This document shows positions 12,416 through 25,025 of a stretch of DNA of 64,000 bases, one piece after another. The notes beneath the pieces were generated by a model that was given only the letters and a program-made list of their open reading frames with translations, was not told the DNA's origin and searched no databases. Position 1 is the stretch's first letter, and the number at the start of each line of letters is the position of its first letter. Origin of the DNA: Cyanophora paradoxa CCMP329. Lineage: Eukaryota; Plantae; Glaucophyta. The position numbers and the translations under genes are program-made. The stretch spans positions 124,001-188,000 of the forward strand of contig QPMI01000044.1 of NCBI GenBank assembly GCA_004431415.1, in the 5' to 3' direction.

Positions 12416-14310
12416 TTACATGCGGGACTTGAAGTGCTTAAGGGCGTCCTCCATGGCGCCGAGGATCGCCATGACGTTGTCGGGCCGGCTGTTGTACCCC
12501 ATGAGGCCGAAGCGCCAGCCCTTGCCGGCGAGGTCGCCGAGGCCGTTGCCGATCTCGATGTTGTACTTCTTGAGGATGTACGTCGTGACGGCCTTGCCGT
12601 CGACGCCCGGCGGGATGATTGCGGTGGTGAGCGACGGGAGCCGGTGCTCCTTCTTGACGAGGAGCTGGATGCCGAGCTTCTCGAGGCCGGCCCAGAGCAG
12701 CTCGGCGTTGTCGAGGTGGCGCTTCCAGCGCGCCTCGAGGCCCTCCTCGGTCACGATGCGCAGCGCCTCGCGGAGGCCGTAGTTCATGTTGATCGGCGCG
12801 GTGTGGTGGTACGTGCGCGTCGGCGACGCGGAGACGAGGTACTGCGCGATCATGGACATGTCGAGGTACCTGGATCAAATCGCGGATCAAATCAGCGTGC
12901 GCGGGCGGCAGCAGCGAGGTTGCGGGGAGGCCGCGACCGCGCACCAGTTCGGGACCTTAGTCTTCCGCTTCATGAGCTTGTCCAGCGCGCGCTGGTTCAT
13001 GGTGAACGGCGACACGCCTGCACGTGACCGGCGCGTGAGCGGGCGCGAAGCGGCGCGCGGCGGCAAAAGGAAAGCGGCGCACCGGGCGGGCAGGAGAGGC
13101 ACTTCTGGGTGCCAGCGTACGCGACATCGACCTCCCACTTGTCAATGAAGAGGGGCACGCCGGAGATGGAGGTGACGCAGTCGAGCATGAGCATCGAGCC
13201 GTACTTGTGGCAGAGCGCGCCGACGCCTGCGTACGCGTGCATTAGCTAGCGGAAAGAAAGAAAGAGAAGAGCTGACGGGCGCGCGCGGACCCTCCATGGG
13301 CTGGCACACGCCGGTCGAGGTCTCGGCGTGGACGATGCAGGTCAGCATGGGCCGGTGCTTGCGGAGGCCCTCCTCGATCTCCTCGAGCGAGAACGCAGTG
13401 CCCCAAGCGCGCTCGATGCGGCGGACGTCGGCTGCGCGAAGCCGATCATCAGCGCCGGGACGTCGATGCCGAGCGCAGGCCTGGCTGATCGGCCGCGAGA
13501 GCCCAGAGCACGCGAGCGACGTGTCACTCACCGCCATAGCGGGATGCCATGTCGCAGAGGCGGTTGCCGAAGTAGCCCTGCGGGGAGAGCGACGGTTCAG
13601 CCCGCGCACGGACAGAGAGTGGCGGGGGCCGCAGGGGGTCGTGCGCACATTGCAGCCGATGAGGACGACATCACCAGGCTCGACAAGGTTGGCGAGGCTG
13701 CACGCGCGCGTGTCGGTGGGCCGGCTGGGCCGGCACGCAGCCAATGATTACGGGCGCGCGTGCGCACCCGGCCTCCATGGCGGCGGAGCCGGTGCCAGAG
13801 ACGGGAAGAGTGAAGGCGTTCGCCGTCTGCCACACGTACTTCATCCTGCGCACGTTCGCGGACGCGCACTAGTCAGCGGGACGCGCGTCGAGCCTCGCGG
13901 CGGGAAGGCTCTGCGGAGAGACGCACATCTCCTTGATCTCCTCCATCATGTGAAGGAAGAACGGGTCCAAGTGGCCGACCTGGTGGACCGCGAGCGCCGA
14001 GAGGACACGCGGGTGGGCATTGCAGGGGCCTGCGCGGAAACAGGGCGCGCGCGCCCGTACGTCAGACTAGTTCGAAAGAGCCTATAATGAACAAAGGCTA
14101 GAGAAACGCGGCCGTCGGGCCGGGAGGCTCCGAGGGGGAGCCAGCGGGGCTGAGGCGCGCGCAGAGCGTTGCGGGATTGGGCTCGCCTGGGCCGAGGAGG
14201 AGGCGGGGAGGCGGGTCCAGCTGAGGAGCAATGAGGCGGTGCGCGTTGTTCACGCTGTGCTTCGCGATGGCGCTGCGGTCGTTGTCGTGGCTGTGGCCGT
14301 AGCGCGACAT
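12416..14310 (-). CDS. AGXT: Alanine/serine-glyoxylate aminotransferase (class V PLP enzyme), 9 exons, C-terminal PTS1
   Basis: The spliced product contains [48 protein letters not shown] (PLP lysine), YHHTAPIN and RFGLMGYNS, and ends KHFKSRM*. Eight short introns keep the frame; the first is GC-AG. Confidence 0.95.
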
Positions 14311-14968
14311 GTTTGCGGGCGGGCTGAAGCTCTGGCACGCGGTCGACAAGGTCAGAGCTTGTGGGCGACGAACGAGAAATGACCGGGTGCTGCGGACCTC
14401 GGTTTAATAACCTCGCGGTAATGCGAGGCGTATGATGGAGACCGGCGAACTTACTAGGGGGGTACGCGGGCGGTCACCGCAGCCGGCCGGCTCCGCACCG
14501 GCCTAGCGCGCGCCATCCCCGAGCGCTCCAGAGCGCGCACGGCATCGACCACGACAGAATTCGCGAGTCCTACCCACGTTCGCCCGGCGAAAGCACCATC
14601 CCGTGTCGCGCACCGGCGCTGGTGCCAGCGAGTCCCACATTCTAACTGCACCGCCTGCGCTCCGGCGCTGCTGCCTGATCCTCTGCAGCCAACCTGCAGT
14701 TCCGGCGCCGCTTATCCGATCGTTGCATCTCGTTCTTCAAAGCTGTGCCATGAGAGCGTCAGCTGCGCCATGAGAGCCTCCGCGAGAGCATCTGCGAATT
14801 CATAGCTCAGCGGCTCGGCGCGGCAAACCCGGAGCGCCCGGCGGACAGCATCAGTCTAGAGCTCTTCCGAAGTTCAGCAGTGAGCTGCTCGTTGGGTCTG
14901 GTCCGTTCTCTACGTCGTCAGAAAACGGCTCTCGGATCCTGCAGCAGCGTGGCCGAGCGCGCGGTCCG

Positions 14969-17900
14969 ATGGGGGCGCGGATGCCGTCGCGGCCGGCCAC
15001 GCTGCAGCTGCCACGGACAGGAAGCGGTGCGCTGCCGCGCCTCGCGCCGCCTCTCGCCCTCGTTTCCGATTCCTTTGCCACAGAAGAGTCCGAGTGCTCG
15101 CCCGAAGACCCCTCGACTGGAGGACAGCCGGGCAGCGCTGCCGGTGGCGAAGGCGGGGGCGACAGCAGCACCGGCGGGGGGCGCGGGTCCCCGGCGTCCC
15201 GGTCTCGGTACCCCGGTGTGAACCTTGAACATGACAGAAGGCGATCCGCCAGTGCTGCGCCGCGCTGGCGGTCCCACTTCTACTGGTGCAAATCTTGCTC
15301 GAGGGTGTGTGCATCGCTCTCCTCCCCCATACACCGCCTCTGCTGACGGGCCCTCTTCTCTTCACGCAGCTGAGCACGCCGCTGGCGGACTCGGAGGAGA
15401 AAGCGGCTCGGAACCTCGACCGGCTCAACCTCATCTGCTTGGGGCCGGGCGCCCGCCGGCTCGTCCCCGAAGCCTGTGCGCCGGCCCCTCCCTTCCCAGC
15501 GAGCCCGCGCCGCTCACGCCGCCCCGGGGCAGGCTACGAGTCGGAGCGCTGGTGGGGCGCTCTGTTCGGGCCGAGCGCGAGCGAGCGGGCGGGGTACACG
15601 GATCCCGACGGCCCCACGGCCCGGAGCGAGGAGGGCTTCAAGCGCTTAAAGAGGTTCCTGAAGAAGTACGAAGTGTACGAAACGTACGCCGCCGACCCCT
15701 CCCCTCCTCCGCGTACCCTCCTCGGAGCCCTAACGCCGGTACCCATGCAGGTCGCCGCCACGGGAAGCGCCGCTGGCTCTGGAGGAGGCAGCGGGGGCCT
15801 CCAGCAGCGACGGGGCGGCCCGGGCCTCCCCCCCTCCGCCGCCCCGGGCGGAAGGCTCCGTCCGAGAGGCGCCGCCGGCGCCGGCGGAAGGCGAGGGGAC
15901 GGCGACGGCTTCGGCGCCGCCGCCCACCGAGGAGCCGCGGGCCTCGCCTTCAACCAGAGGCAGAGCGAAGCGGCGGCGCGCGGCGGAGGCGCCGCCTCCC
16001 CCGGGCCCCAGCGGCGGCGGCGGCTCGGAAGGCGGCGGGGGCAGCAGCAGCGGCGGCGGCGGAGAAGAAGAGGCGCCGCCTGAGGCCGGGGGCGCCTCCG
16101 AAAGCGACGGCCGCGGGGCGGGTCCGGCCGCGGCTGCAGACTCGGACTCGACCGGATCTGAAGCGAAGCGGAGGCGCGTGGACGGCGGGGCGGAGGCCGG
16201 CGGCGGCGGCGGAGGAGAGGAGCGGCGCTCGGAGGTCGCGGCGGAGGGCGGCGGCGGAGAGGCGCTGCGGGAAACGCCGCCGGCGCCGGCGCCATCGTCT
16301 TCGAAGGCGGCGGCGGGCGCCGCGGGCGTCGAAGGGGCGGACGGCGCGGCGCCCCCGCTCCCGCCGGCGGATTTGGCGGACGGGGGCGGCCGCCCGGCCC
16401 CGCCGGTCCCTCCTCGGGCGAGGCCGAGGGCCCCTCGCCCGCCTCTTCGGCTTCTCCGGTCCCGGCGGGGCCAAGGGCGCCGTTCCTGCGCCGGACGCTC
16501 CGGAGAGCGGAAGATCCGGCGGCCCGCCGGCGCCGGCACGGGCGCCGGGCCCGCGCCGCTGGGAGCGGGGCCGCGTGCCGGACCAGCCCGACGTCACTGC
16601 GCCCGGCGCCTGCGCCGGCGGCGGCGGCCGCCTCGACCCCTCAACGCCAGTGGCTTCGAGGTGAACGGCTGCGGACGTCGCTGGGCCCGGGGGGCGTGGG
16701 GACGGCTGGGGCGCCGTCGGCACCGTCGCAGGCGGCCGGGGCAGCCTCGACCCCTCAGCGTCAGTGGCTTCGAGGCATACGGCTGCGGCGAAAGGGATCA
16801 TCGGGCCCCGCCCACGTGCACCTCGGCGCCGGTGTCTCGACGGGCTCGCGATCGGGCGCCGCTGGGGCGGCGCCGGCGGAGTCGCCGGCCGGCGCCTGGA
16901 GCCCTCAGACCCGGAGACTCCGGCGGCTCCGGCGCCTAGAGGCCGACCAGGAGGAGGAGGAAGAGGAGGAGGAGGAGCAGGAAAGGGCGCCCGGAGGAGG
17001 AGCCGAGTGGGGGAGCGGGGGCGAAGATCATCGGCGGGGGGCTCCATCGCCCTCGCCGCCCCCGCCGCCCCCCCGCCGGCGTCGCCGCCGCATCGCAGGA
17101 GACAGTGGAGACGAGGAGGCCCCTTCCTCCTCCTCCTCCTCCTCCTCATCCGGTACCCCCATCGGCGCCCCTCTCGAGCGCGCGGCCGCCGCCGCTCGCT
17201 CGCGCCTGATCGCTCCGCTCCTTTCTTCCTTCCTGCCCGCCCGCTCGCACAGGCTCGCGGTCGCCCCGCGTCGTGGTGGTGGCGACGGATGACGACAGTG
17301 CGGACGCGGCGCCTTCATCTTCGTCTGGTACCCCGGGATCCCGTCCCCTTTCGCCTATGTGCCTGCAATCGTGTCCGACCTTCGCGGTTGCGTGCAGGCC
17401 GTTCGTTTAAGTCCGACTCGGCCGCTCGGAGTGGAAGGGAGAGGGGGGCGTTCCCGTCGGCCCCGCCCGCGGCCGCGGCGCCGGCGTCCGTTCCGCCCCC
17501 ATGTTGGATCGCGGCCGCGCCGCCGCCGGCGGCAGCGGCAGCGTCTTCGGGTACCCCGGCTTTCCCGCCCCGTGCTTTCCCGCCCCTTTCTCTGACCTGC
17601 TTTCGGTCACGCCTGCCCCGCGCAGGCCGTTCGTCCAAGTCCGACGCGGCCGTTCAGAGCTTGAGGGCGGGGGCCCCGTCCTCGTCCGCCGCGGCCGGCG
17701 TGCCCGCGCCCGCGGCGCCGGCGCTGGCGCCGGCGCCGGCGTCCGTTCCGCCTTCGTGTTGGGTCGCGGCAGTCCAGCCAGCCGAGCGGCCGGCGCCAAA
17801 GGCGGCCGCCCCGCCGCCGCCGGCAGCGGCCAAGGCGCCGCCAGCCGCCGCATCCGCGCCCAGCTTCGCGGCGGGTGAGCGTTCGCCCTTCGCCCTTCGA

Positions 17901-20900
17901 CTCGCCCCTTCTGACGTCGACTGCGCCCCCGCCAGCCGCCAGGGCGACCCCTCCGCCGCCCCCAGCTTGCTGGACCCGCCCCCCGCGAACTTCATCGACG
18001 CCCGAGCCTGCAGGAGGCGGCGCGAAGGCAGCGGCGGCGACGCCTGCGGCTGCGGCCCGCGGTCCCGCGGCGGGGCCTCCCCATCCGAGTCAGCCGCCGC
18101 CCGGCGTCGCCCTTGGCATAAAGCCAGAATCTGCAGCGGCAGCGCCCGGCAATGCTCCCCGGCGGGCCCCGGCCGCTGGCCTCGTGCCGTCCTCCGCTCT
18201 CAGCGCCGGCGCCGGCCCCGCCCCGCGCGCTCCGGCGGCGCCCTTTTCGACGGCCGGCGGCGCCGGCGCCAGCGCCCGCCTCGACCCGGCGGCCGCCACT
18301 CTCAGTCCGGCCGCCCCCGCCCCCGCCCCCGCCCCCGCCCCCTCTTTCTCGTCGTCCCTTCCCTTCGGACTCGCCGCCGGGCAGGCCCGCTCTTTTCCCT
18401 CGGCCGCCCCATCCGTGCCCGCCATTCTCAGTCCGGCCGCCACTCTCAGTCCGGCCGCCCCCGCCCCCGCCCCCGCCCCCGCCTCCTCCTTCTCGTCGTC
18501 CCCTCCCTCCGGACTCGCCGCGGGGCAGGCCCGCTCTTTTCCCTCGGCCGCCCCATCCGCGCCCGCTCCGGACCCGGTGGGCGCTTTGCTGGGTGGGTGC
18601 CGCCCTCCCGCCCGTCCGCCCGCCCGCCCGCCCGCTCGACCCATCCGGAATCTTTCAGCTCCTGACCTCGCTTCTCTCAGCGCCAGATGCACGGACCGTC
18701 CTTCAACCACCTTTTCGAGCCCCTCCGGCCTCGAGCTCCTCTCACGCTCCCACGGCGCCGCTGCAGCCGCCACTTCAGTCGGCGCCCCTCGCGGCGCGGA
18801 GGCCCTCAGTCGTCGGCGCCGCCGGCGACGTCAGTGCGCCGGCGCCCGCCGGCGCCGCCGGCAGCGGCCAGACCCGCCGCCCAAGCTCGTCGTGGCTTCA
18901 CGTGCCGGCTTCTTGCCCCGGCGCGCTGGGTTCAGCGCCGCATCCCCCTCCCACCGACCCCCACTGGACCGTCTTGACTGGACCTTCACTCCAGCAAGTT
19001 CAACCCGGTCAGTCTGCAGCTGGTCACGCAGCGGCCCTAGCCCCGGCTGCGGCGGCGGCGGCCGCGGCGGCTGTGCCTGCACAGCCTAAGGCGAAGGAGG
19101 CGGGGTCGGCCCCTGAAAGCTACATCCAGCCGGAGCCGCAGCAGGCGGGCGGCCCGACGCTGCTGTCCTTGGACGTGCTGCGCGAGCTCGTCACTCGGAA
19201 CGGCTTCGGCGACAACCCTCCGCGCCCGCAGCAGGCCGCGGGCTCATCGCCCCAGCCGCAGCCGGCCCCGCAGCCGCAGCCGGCGCCGCAGCCGCAGCCG
19301 CTGCAGCCCCAGCGGCCTTCCGCCGCCCAGCAGCAGCTGCTGGCCCACGGCGGAGCGCCGGAGCCATTGCCGAATCACGTTCTGGCTGCGCTCCAGCGGA
19401 AGCTGCAGGCAGAGTTTGAGGGCCAGCTGCAGGGGGCCGCGGCCGCGGCGCCGCTTCCGGTCCAGCCGGCTCCGGTGCCGCCCGCTCATCTTGAGACGCA
19501 GCTGCAGGGCCAAGAAGCTGCAGCGGCGGCGGCGCCGGCGCCGGCCCAGCCTGGGGTGCAGCATCAGGGTCAGGCGGCGGCAGCAGCAGCAGTGGCGGCG
19601 GCGGCGGCGGCGGCGGCGAGGGAGGCGCCCCGGCAGCCTGTGCGGCTTCCTGTGCAGCCGTCGGCGGCGGTGGAGGCGACGCTGGCGCCGGCCCAGCTTC
19701 AGAGCCAGGCGGCTGCAGCGGCGGCAGTGGCGGCGGCGGTGGCGGTGGCGGCGCCCCTGCAGCCGGTGCGGCCTTCGGTCCAGCCGTCGGCGGCGGCGGT
19801 GGAGGCGACGCTGGCGCCGGCCCAGCTTCAGAGCCAGGCGGCTGCAGCGGCGGCAGCGGCGGCGGCGGTGGCGGTGGCGGCGCCCCTGCAGCCGGTGCGG
19901 CCTTCGGTCCAGCCGTCGGCGGCGGCGGTGGAGGCGACGCTGGCGCCGGCCCAGCTTCAGAGCCAGGCTGCTGCAGCGGCGGCAGCGGCGGCGGCGGTGG
20001 CGGTGGCGGCGCCCCTGCAGCCGGTGCGGCCTTCGGTCCAGCCACCGGCGGCGGCGGTGGAGGTGGCGCCAGGCCCGCCGGCCCAGCTTCAGACCCAGGC
20101 GGCTGCAGCGGCGGCAGCGGCGGCGGCGGCGGCGGCGGCTGCGGCGCCCCTGCAGCCGGTGCGGCCTTCGGTCCAGCCGCCGGCGGCGGCGGTGGAGGTG
20201 GCGCCAGGTCCGCCGGCCCAGCTTCAGACCCAGGCGGCTGCAGCGGCGGCAGCGGCGGCGGCGGCGGCGGCGGCTGCGGCGCCACAGCGGCCATTGCGGC
20301 CTCAAGGACAGGCGGCCGCGGCCGCGTTCCAGCACAGGCTGCGCGAACTCGTGCTTCTGCGAGAGAGTGCCGGAGTCCCGACTCATGCGGATACGAGGTT
20401 GGCGCTCGAACTTGCACCCAAGGAAGCTGCGAGCACGTTTTCCATGCTGGTCAGGGATCAGCAGCAGCAACCGAAAGACGCGCAGCAGCAGATTGCAGAC
20501 GGGATCCCGCAGCTCATCGCGGCCCTGTGGGCCAGCATGGGCCCCGCGGTGCTGGGCATCGGCCAGCCTCGCGAACGGCCGCCCCGCGCCCCGCAGGACG
20601 TCGGGGCATGGGCCGACGACATGCTACGGCCGGGGTGCCCCTTCGACCCGGAGGTCGAGGCCCTGATCACGTGCTCCTCCGATCATTAAATCGCAATATT
20701 AATGCTTTCGTGGCTGACTCGGGATCGCGGTTGCCCCCAGCACGGACGGTCACTTGTTCTTCACTTGCATCCCTAGCCCGCGCCCGCTCCCGCCCCTCTC
20801 CCCCGCGCTGGAGTGGGCCGTGGTGCGTCGGTCCTCAGAACTTCTTATCGAACGCGATCGCGACCGGCGCGGATCCGCCGGTGCGCTGCGCCTTCTTCGC

Positions 20901-21483
20901 AATTATTCGGCGCTCAGTTATTCGCATCGAATTCCGCGGCCGGCGCAGTGTCAGCGCGCGACGTGCTGCAGGAGCTGCTGAAGAAACCGATCTTGGCTCA
21001 CCTGAACGACCTCCCCAACGCCGAGCACTCCATCGACAAGCTGCTCTGGGTGCGCTTGTTTTCTAGTGGATGGGTGTGGGGGGGGGGGGGGGGGGGGGGG
21101 GCAGATGGGGAGGGGGGCGGCCCGGGCGGGGGGGTCCTCGCCCCCAACGCTCCGTCATTACGTAATGCATTGTAAGTGGTTTGATTTGCTGGGGCAGGAC
21201 CTACGAGGAAAATTGCTCCCCGGCACGACCCACAACGGGGAGGAGCGCAAGCAGCAGCTCGTGGGGCTGGTGCGCTGGCGCCCCGCTCGACCCCGCCCTT
21301 CTATATCCGAATCGTTCTAGCAAGGCCTCTTATAGTTTGCCCTTCCCTGAATTAATCGAGCCGGCGCGACAGGGCGGGCCCGCCGGCGTCCTGGCTCTTG
21401 GGCGCGCGGCGCCGGAGCAGCTTAGGGACCTCCTCGGCTCCGTGGTCGCCGTCCGGGCCCTCCTCTTCAGCGTACGGGCCTAG
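14969..21483 (+). CDS. Family copy 2: AP2-like + Ala/Pro/Gln repeats + unknown C-terminal domain; no STAT-like/CudA-like module (5' end approximate)
   Basis: SRYPGVNLEHDRRR..PRWRSHFYW|LSTPLADSEEKAARNLDRLNLICLGPGA (15195-15475), GYESERWWGALFGP, AALWASMGPAVLGIG..WADDMLRPGCPFDP (~20520-20680), VSARDVLQELL, and an end at LLGSVVAVRALLFSVRA*. Confidence 0.7.
19560..20300 (+). repeat. Coding minisatellite, 129-135 bp units (43-45 aa), about 5 copies
   Basis: GCCCAGCTTCAGA recurs at 19691, 19820, 19949, 20081 and 20216; the unit encodes QLQSQAAAAAA..APLQPVRPSVQPSAAAVEATLAPA. Confidence 0.92.
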
Positions 21484-22098
21484 CTACGGCTGTATATATG
21501 ACTCCTCGGGTGTAATGTATGGCATGCAATCAAAGTTTAGAGGAGATAGTTACATGTGTATGGCATGTACATGTAATCATAGTTTAGAGGAGATAGAGAT
21601 AGTTAGGATCTGCGTACGGCGTGCTAGTCACTGAGTATACGTAGCTCGTATACGTAGCTACTAATCGGATTATAATTTATACATGTAGCACGTGCGCTGC
21701 GCATGCGCATGCGCATTGCGCATCATATGCATCGCAGCGCATGCCGCGCCGGGCCGCCGGCGCCGCGACCGTCGGACGCCGCCGTCACGCCGGTACTTTG
21801 CCGGTACCGTAGTATTTTCGGCGCCGGTCCGTAAGCTTTCAAGTTTGCCGGCGCCGGCCGGTGCTTTGTCACAGACTCACAGTGTGTGGCGACGGTTCGC
21901 GCCGCTTCGGCGCCGCACATGCACGACGTCACGGCGTGACGCACTTTTCCGAAGCGTCGCCAACCGCCGCGCGCACAAAACCGCGGCCGCGCCGGTCTGC
22001 CTCGCACTCGTTCTCTGCGCGCGCTCAGCTGCAGCGGCTCTCTATCTTCGCCTCCGAAGTTCGCTGCGGTCGCAGCCTCAGTCCAGCGCCCCGCCGCC

Positions 22099-23759
22099 AT
22101 GTCGATCGCCCGCCTCGGCCTCGCGGCATCCACAAGCGCCGCCCTCGCGGCCCGCCCCTGCGCCGCCCAGCTGCTCGCAGCCGCGCGGCCGTGCGCGCCG
22201 GCGTGCGCCTCGGCGCTGGCCGTCGGCGTCGCCGCGCTCGGCCTCCGGCGCGCCAGCGCACTCTTCAGGCAGCCGGCGCGCGCCTTCAGCACCAGCCGCC
22301 CCGCCGCCTTCCCTCTCCCCGCGCACAAGGTGCGGCGCGCGCGGCGCCGGCATGCGCGCACGTGCATGTGCACGTGCACCGTGGCACATGCGCGCGCGCT
22401 TCGGCCTTCGCATGCGCTGACGCGCGCCGGGGCGCAGGCGGCGGAGATTCGGGAGAAGGAGATCCACGACGGCGGGCACCTGCACGTGAGCCCCTACCTG
22501 CCCCCCAACATGGACTGGAACCAGGTCCGCCCGCCCCAATCCCGGCTCGCGCCCGCGCGCGCGCGCGCCCGGCTCGTGCTCACGTGCGGGCGGGCGCGGG
22601 CAGGTGGACCTGGTGACGCGGGTGGCGCCGGAGGGGGCGTCGGACTGGGTGGCCAAGGGCGTCGTCAAGTTCCTCCGCTTCTGGGCCGACCTCCTCTTCT
22701 CCAAGGTACACCCCGCCCCACCCCGCACCGCCCCGGCCCTTGAGAGATTGGGCGCTGACACGCGCCCACGCGCCGGCGCAGCGGTACGGGCACCGCGCCA
22801 TCGTCCTCGAGACCGTCGCCGGCGTCCCCGGCTTCGTCTCCGGTGCGCCCGAGGCGGCGAGGCGGCCGGCGCCGGCGCGCCAGACGCGCGCAGCTGACTC
22901 AGTCGCCCGGCCCGCAGCTATGTTCAGCCACCTCCGCTCACTCCGGAACATTCAGCACGACAACAACCACATCCAGGTGCTTCGCTTTCAATTGAACCTC
23001 GAAGTTCTGCCCAAGCTCAGTCTGACCCGTCGCTGCGCGCGCAGACGATGCTGGACGAGGCGGAGAACGAGCGGATGCACCTGATGGTCTTCATGGAGAT
23101 CGCCAGGCCCAACCTCTTCGAGCGCGGCCTCGTCATGGCCGTCCAGGTGCCCCAAACCCGACCTCAAATATTATTGATTATCTTGCATTCCTTACTTAAA
23201 CTCTCGTTTTCCCAGGCCGTCTTCACCTCCATATACACGGTCCTCTACGCCTTCTTCCCAAAGACGTGCCACCGCTTCGTGGGGTACCTCGAGGAGGAGG
23301 CCGTCGTCTCCTACACGCAGTACCTCAAAGAGATCGACGCCGGCCGCATCAAGAACATCCCCGCCCCGAAGGCCCGCCCCCCCGCCCCCCAGCCCGCTCC
23401 TTAAGTTTCACCGGCCCCGCCCAAATCTGACGCCGAGTACACAGATCGCGATCGACTACTGGAGCCTGCCGGCCGACGCGACGCTGCGGGAGGTCGTCGT
23501 CGCGACGCGCGCCGACGAGGTCAACCACCGCGACGTCAACCACTACATCGCCGGTGCGCCCCGCGATCGCGCTCGCGCCTCCCAAGACTTCGCCTAGGCC
23601 TCCGCCGCTCGCATTTATTTAATTTGGGCGTTCTTCCTGTCTGCAGATGAGATCCTCGAGCGGCGCGCGGCGGCCTCGGGACCCGGCTCGAAGGGCGACC
23701 GCGACGCCTTCCCCCCGAGCGGCGCCGCCGGCCACGGGCACGGGCACGCCCACGCTTGA
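22099..23759 (+). CDS. AOX: Alternative oxidase, paralog 1 (9 exons, N-terminal mitochondrial-type leader)
   Basis: The spliced product has the diiron motifs [27 protein letters not shown] and [12 protein letters not shown]. The N-terminus is Ala/Arg/Ser-rich with no acidic residues, and the protein ends GHGHGHAHA*. Confidence 0.96.
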
Positions 23760-25025
23760 AAGAAGGTCTAGATCTAGATGAAAGATGCCGCTATATATGT
23801 ACCAGCATAAATTCCTCTCAACCTTTCCATTTCAGACCGCGTTTGCAGCTTATTTTATCCACTTTAATTCAATTTCAATCTCTACCTAGCCTAGTAGCCT
23901 CCCGTTCAGACCCCGCGCTTTTGACATTAAGCAGATGAGATGATCAGATCACTCAGGCAGCAGTTTCACTGAGTCAGATCTACAGTGTTGTTTATCAGTC
24001 GCAGCAGTCTTTCTATGCATCATGCTCGCAGTTGTAGTGTATACGTACAGTAACCGTTTCAGAAGCAGTCTCAGTACTAGCTGTAGTGCACTTGTGCTCG
24101 AGCTCGATGTTGATGTAGGGCATTCGATCAATCACATAATAATTTATATATGCATATGATCATGATCCTGATCAGATCGACCCTGAAATGGCCTGCAGCC
24201 GCATGCTGATCATGAGCTTACAATTATAGTTACCCGGCCCACGACTTCGAAGTCCTATAGCTAGCTATAGGCCCTGAGGTCCTACGCCCCCGCCAGCTAC
24301 CGGTACCATATATAGCCAGGGCTGCAACTGCTACACTGTAGCTATAGCTACGTATACGCATACGTATACTCCCCTCCCTCCATGCATTTGGCCAGGGGCT
24401 CCCCCTTCGATCCCGAGTCGAAGTCCCCCTCACCCGTCAGCTTCGGATCCGCCCCCCCCCACCTCCTCTCCACCCCCCCCCCCCCCCCCCGGGCCCCCTT
24501 ACCCCCGCATGCGCATATATATGGCCATGGCCAGCCCTCCCCCCCTGTTCCCCCCAACGCCCCCCACCCCTCCTCCCCTAGTCCCCGCGCGCGCCCGGTT
24601 CTGACCAAGTCTCAATTAAATATTGACACTTCAGAATTGATCATGATCATGACTTCATGCATTGTGAAAAACATTCATCGCAATTCACTGACAGCTGGCA
24701 AGCTGTCTTACTTAGAATCAAAATGTAATCAATACGTATACGAAAAGACACTAACGAAAAAGATAATTCACGTCCTGCTTCTTATTATAATATGTAACTG
24801 CTGGGCGGATAATGGGCCACATTGCCAGTATTTAATGTACAGAGAATCTCGCTGGCAATGCAAGCCATAGCAAATTTAAAATAAAAGAAGGTAGTCTGTC
24901 AGCAGAGAATAATGGTAGAATAGTCTGGAGAGAAAGAAGGCGAAAGAGAAGAATCGGGGCGCGCGCGGCCCCGGGCTCCGGCCCACGGAAACGTTAACGT
25001 GCACTCACATTCGAATCCCAACTAA

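Noticed and set aside
14225-14290. PTS2-like signal in the AGXT N-terminus (HRLIAPQL)
   Set aside because: Spacing is RL-x3-QL, not the required RL-x5-(H/Q)L.
19191-20666. Long Arg-rich or Pro-rich ORFs in alternative and antisense frames (also 26523-27647, 44087-45460 and many others)
   Set aside because: These are shadow frames caused by very high GC and in-frame repeats lacking stop codons; conserved motifs fall in only one frame.
23949-24131. Small ORF conserved with 47459-47704
   Set aside because: The similarity is explained by the inverted duplication; starts, ends and indels are not conserved, so it is treated as non-coding.
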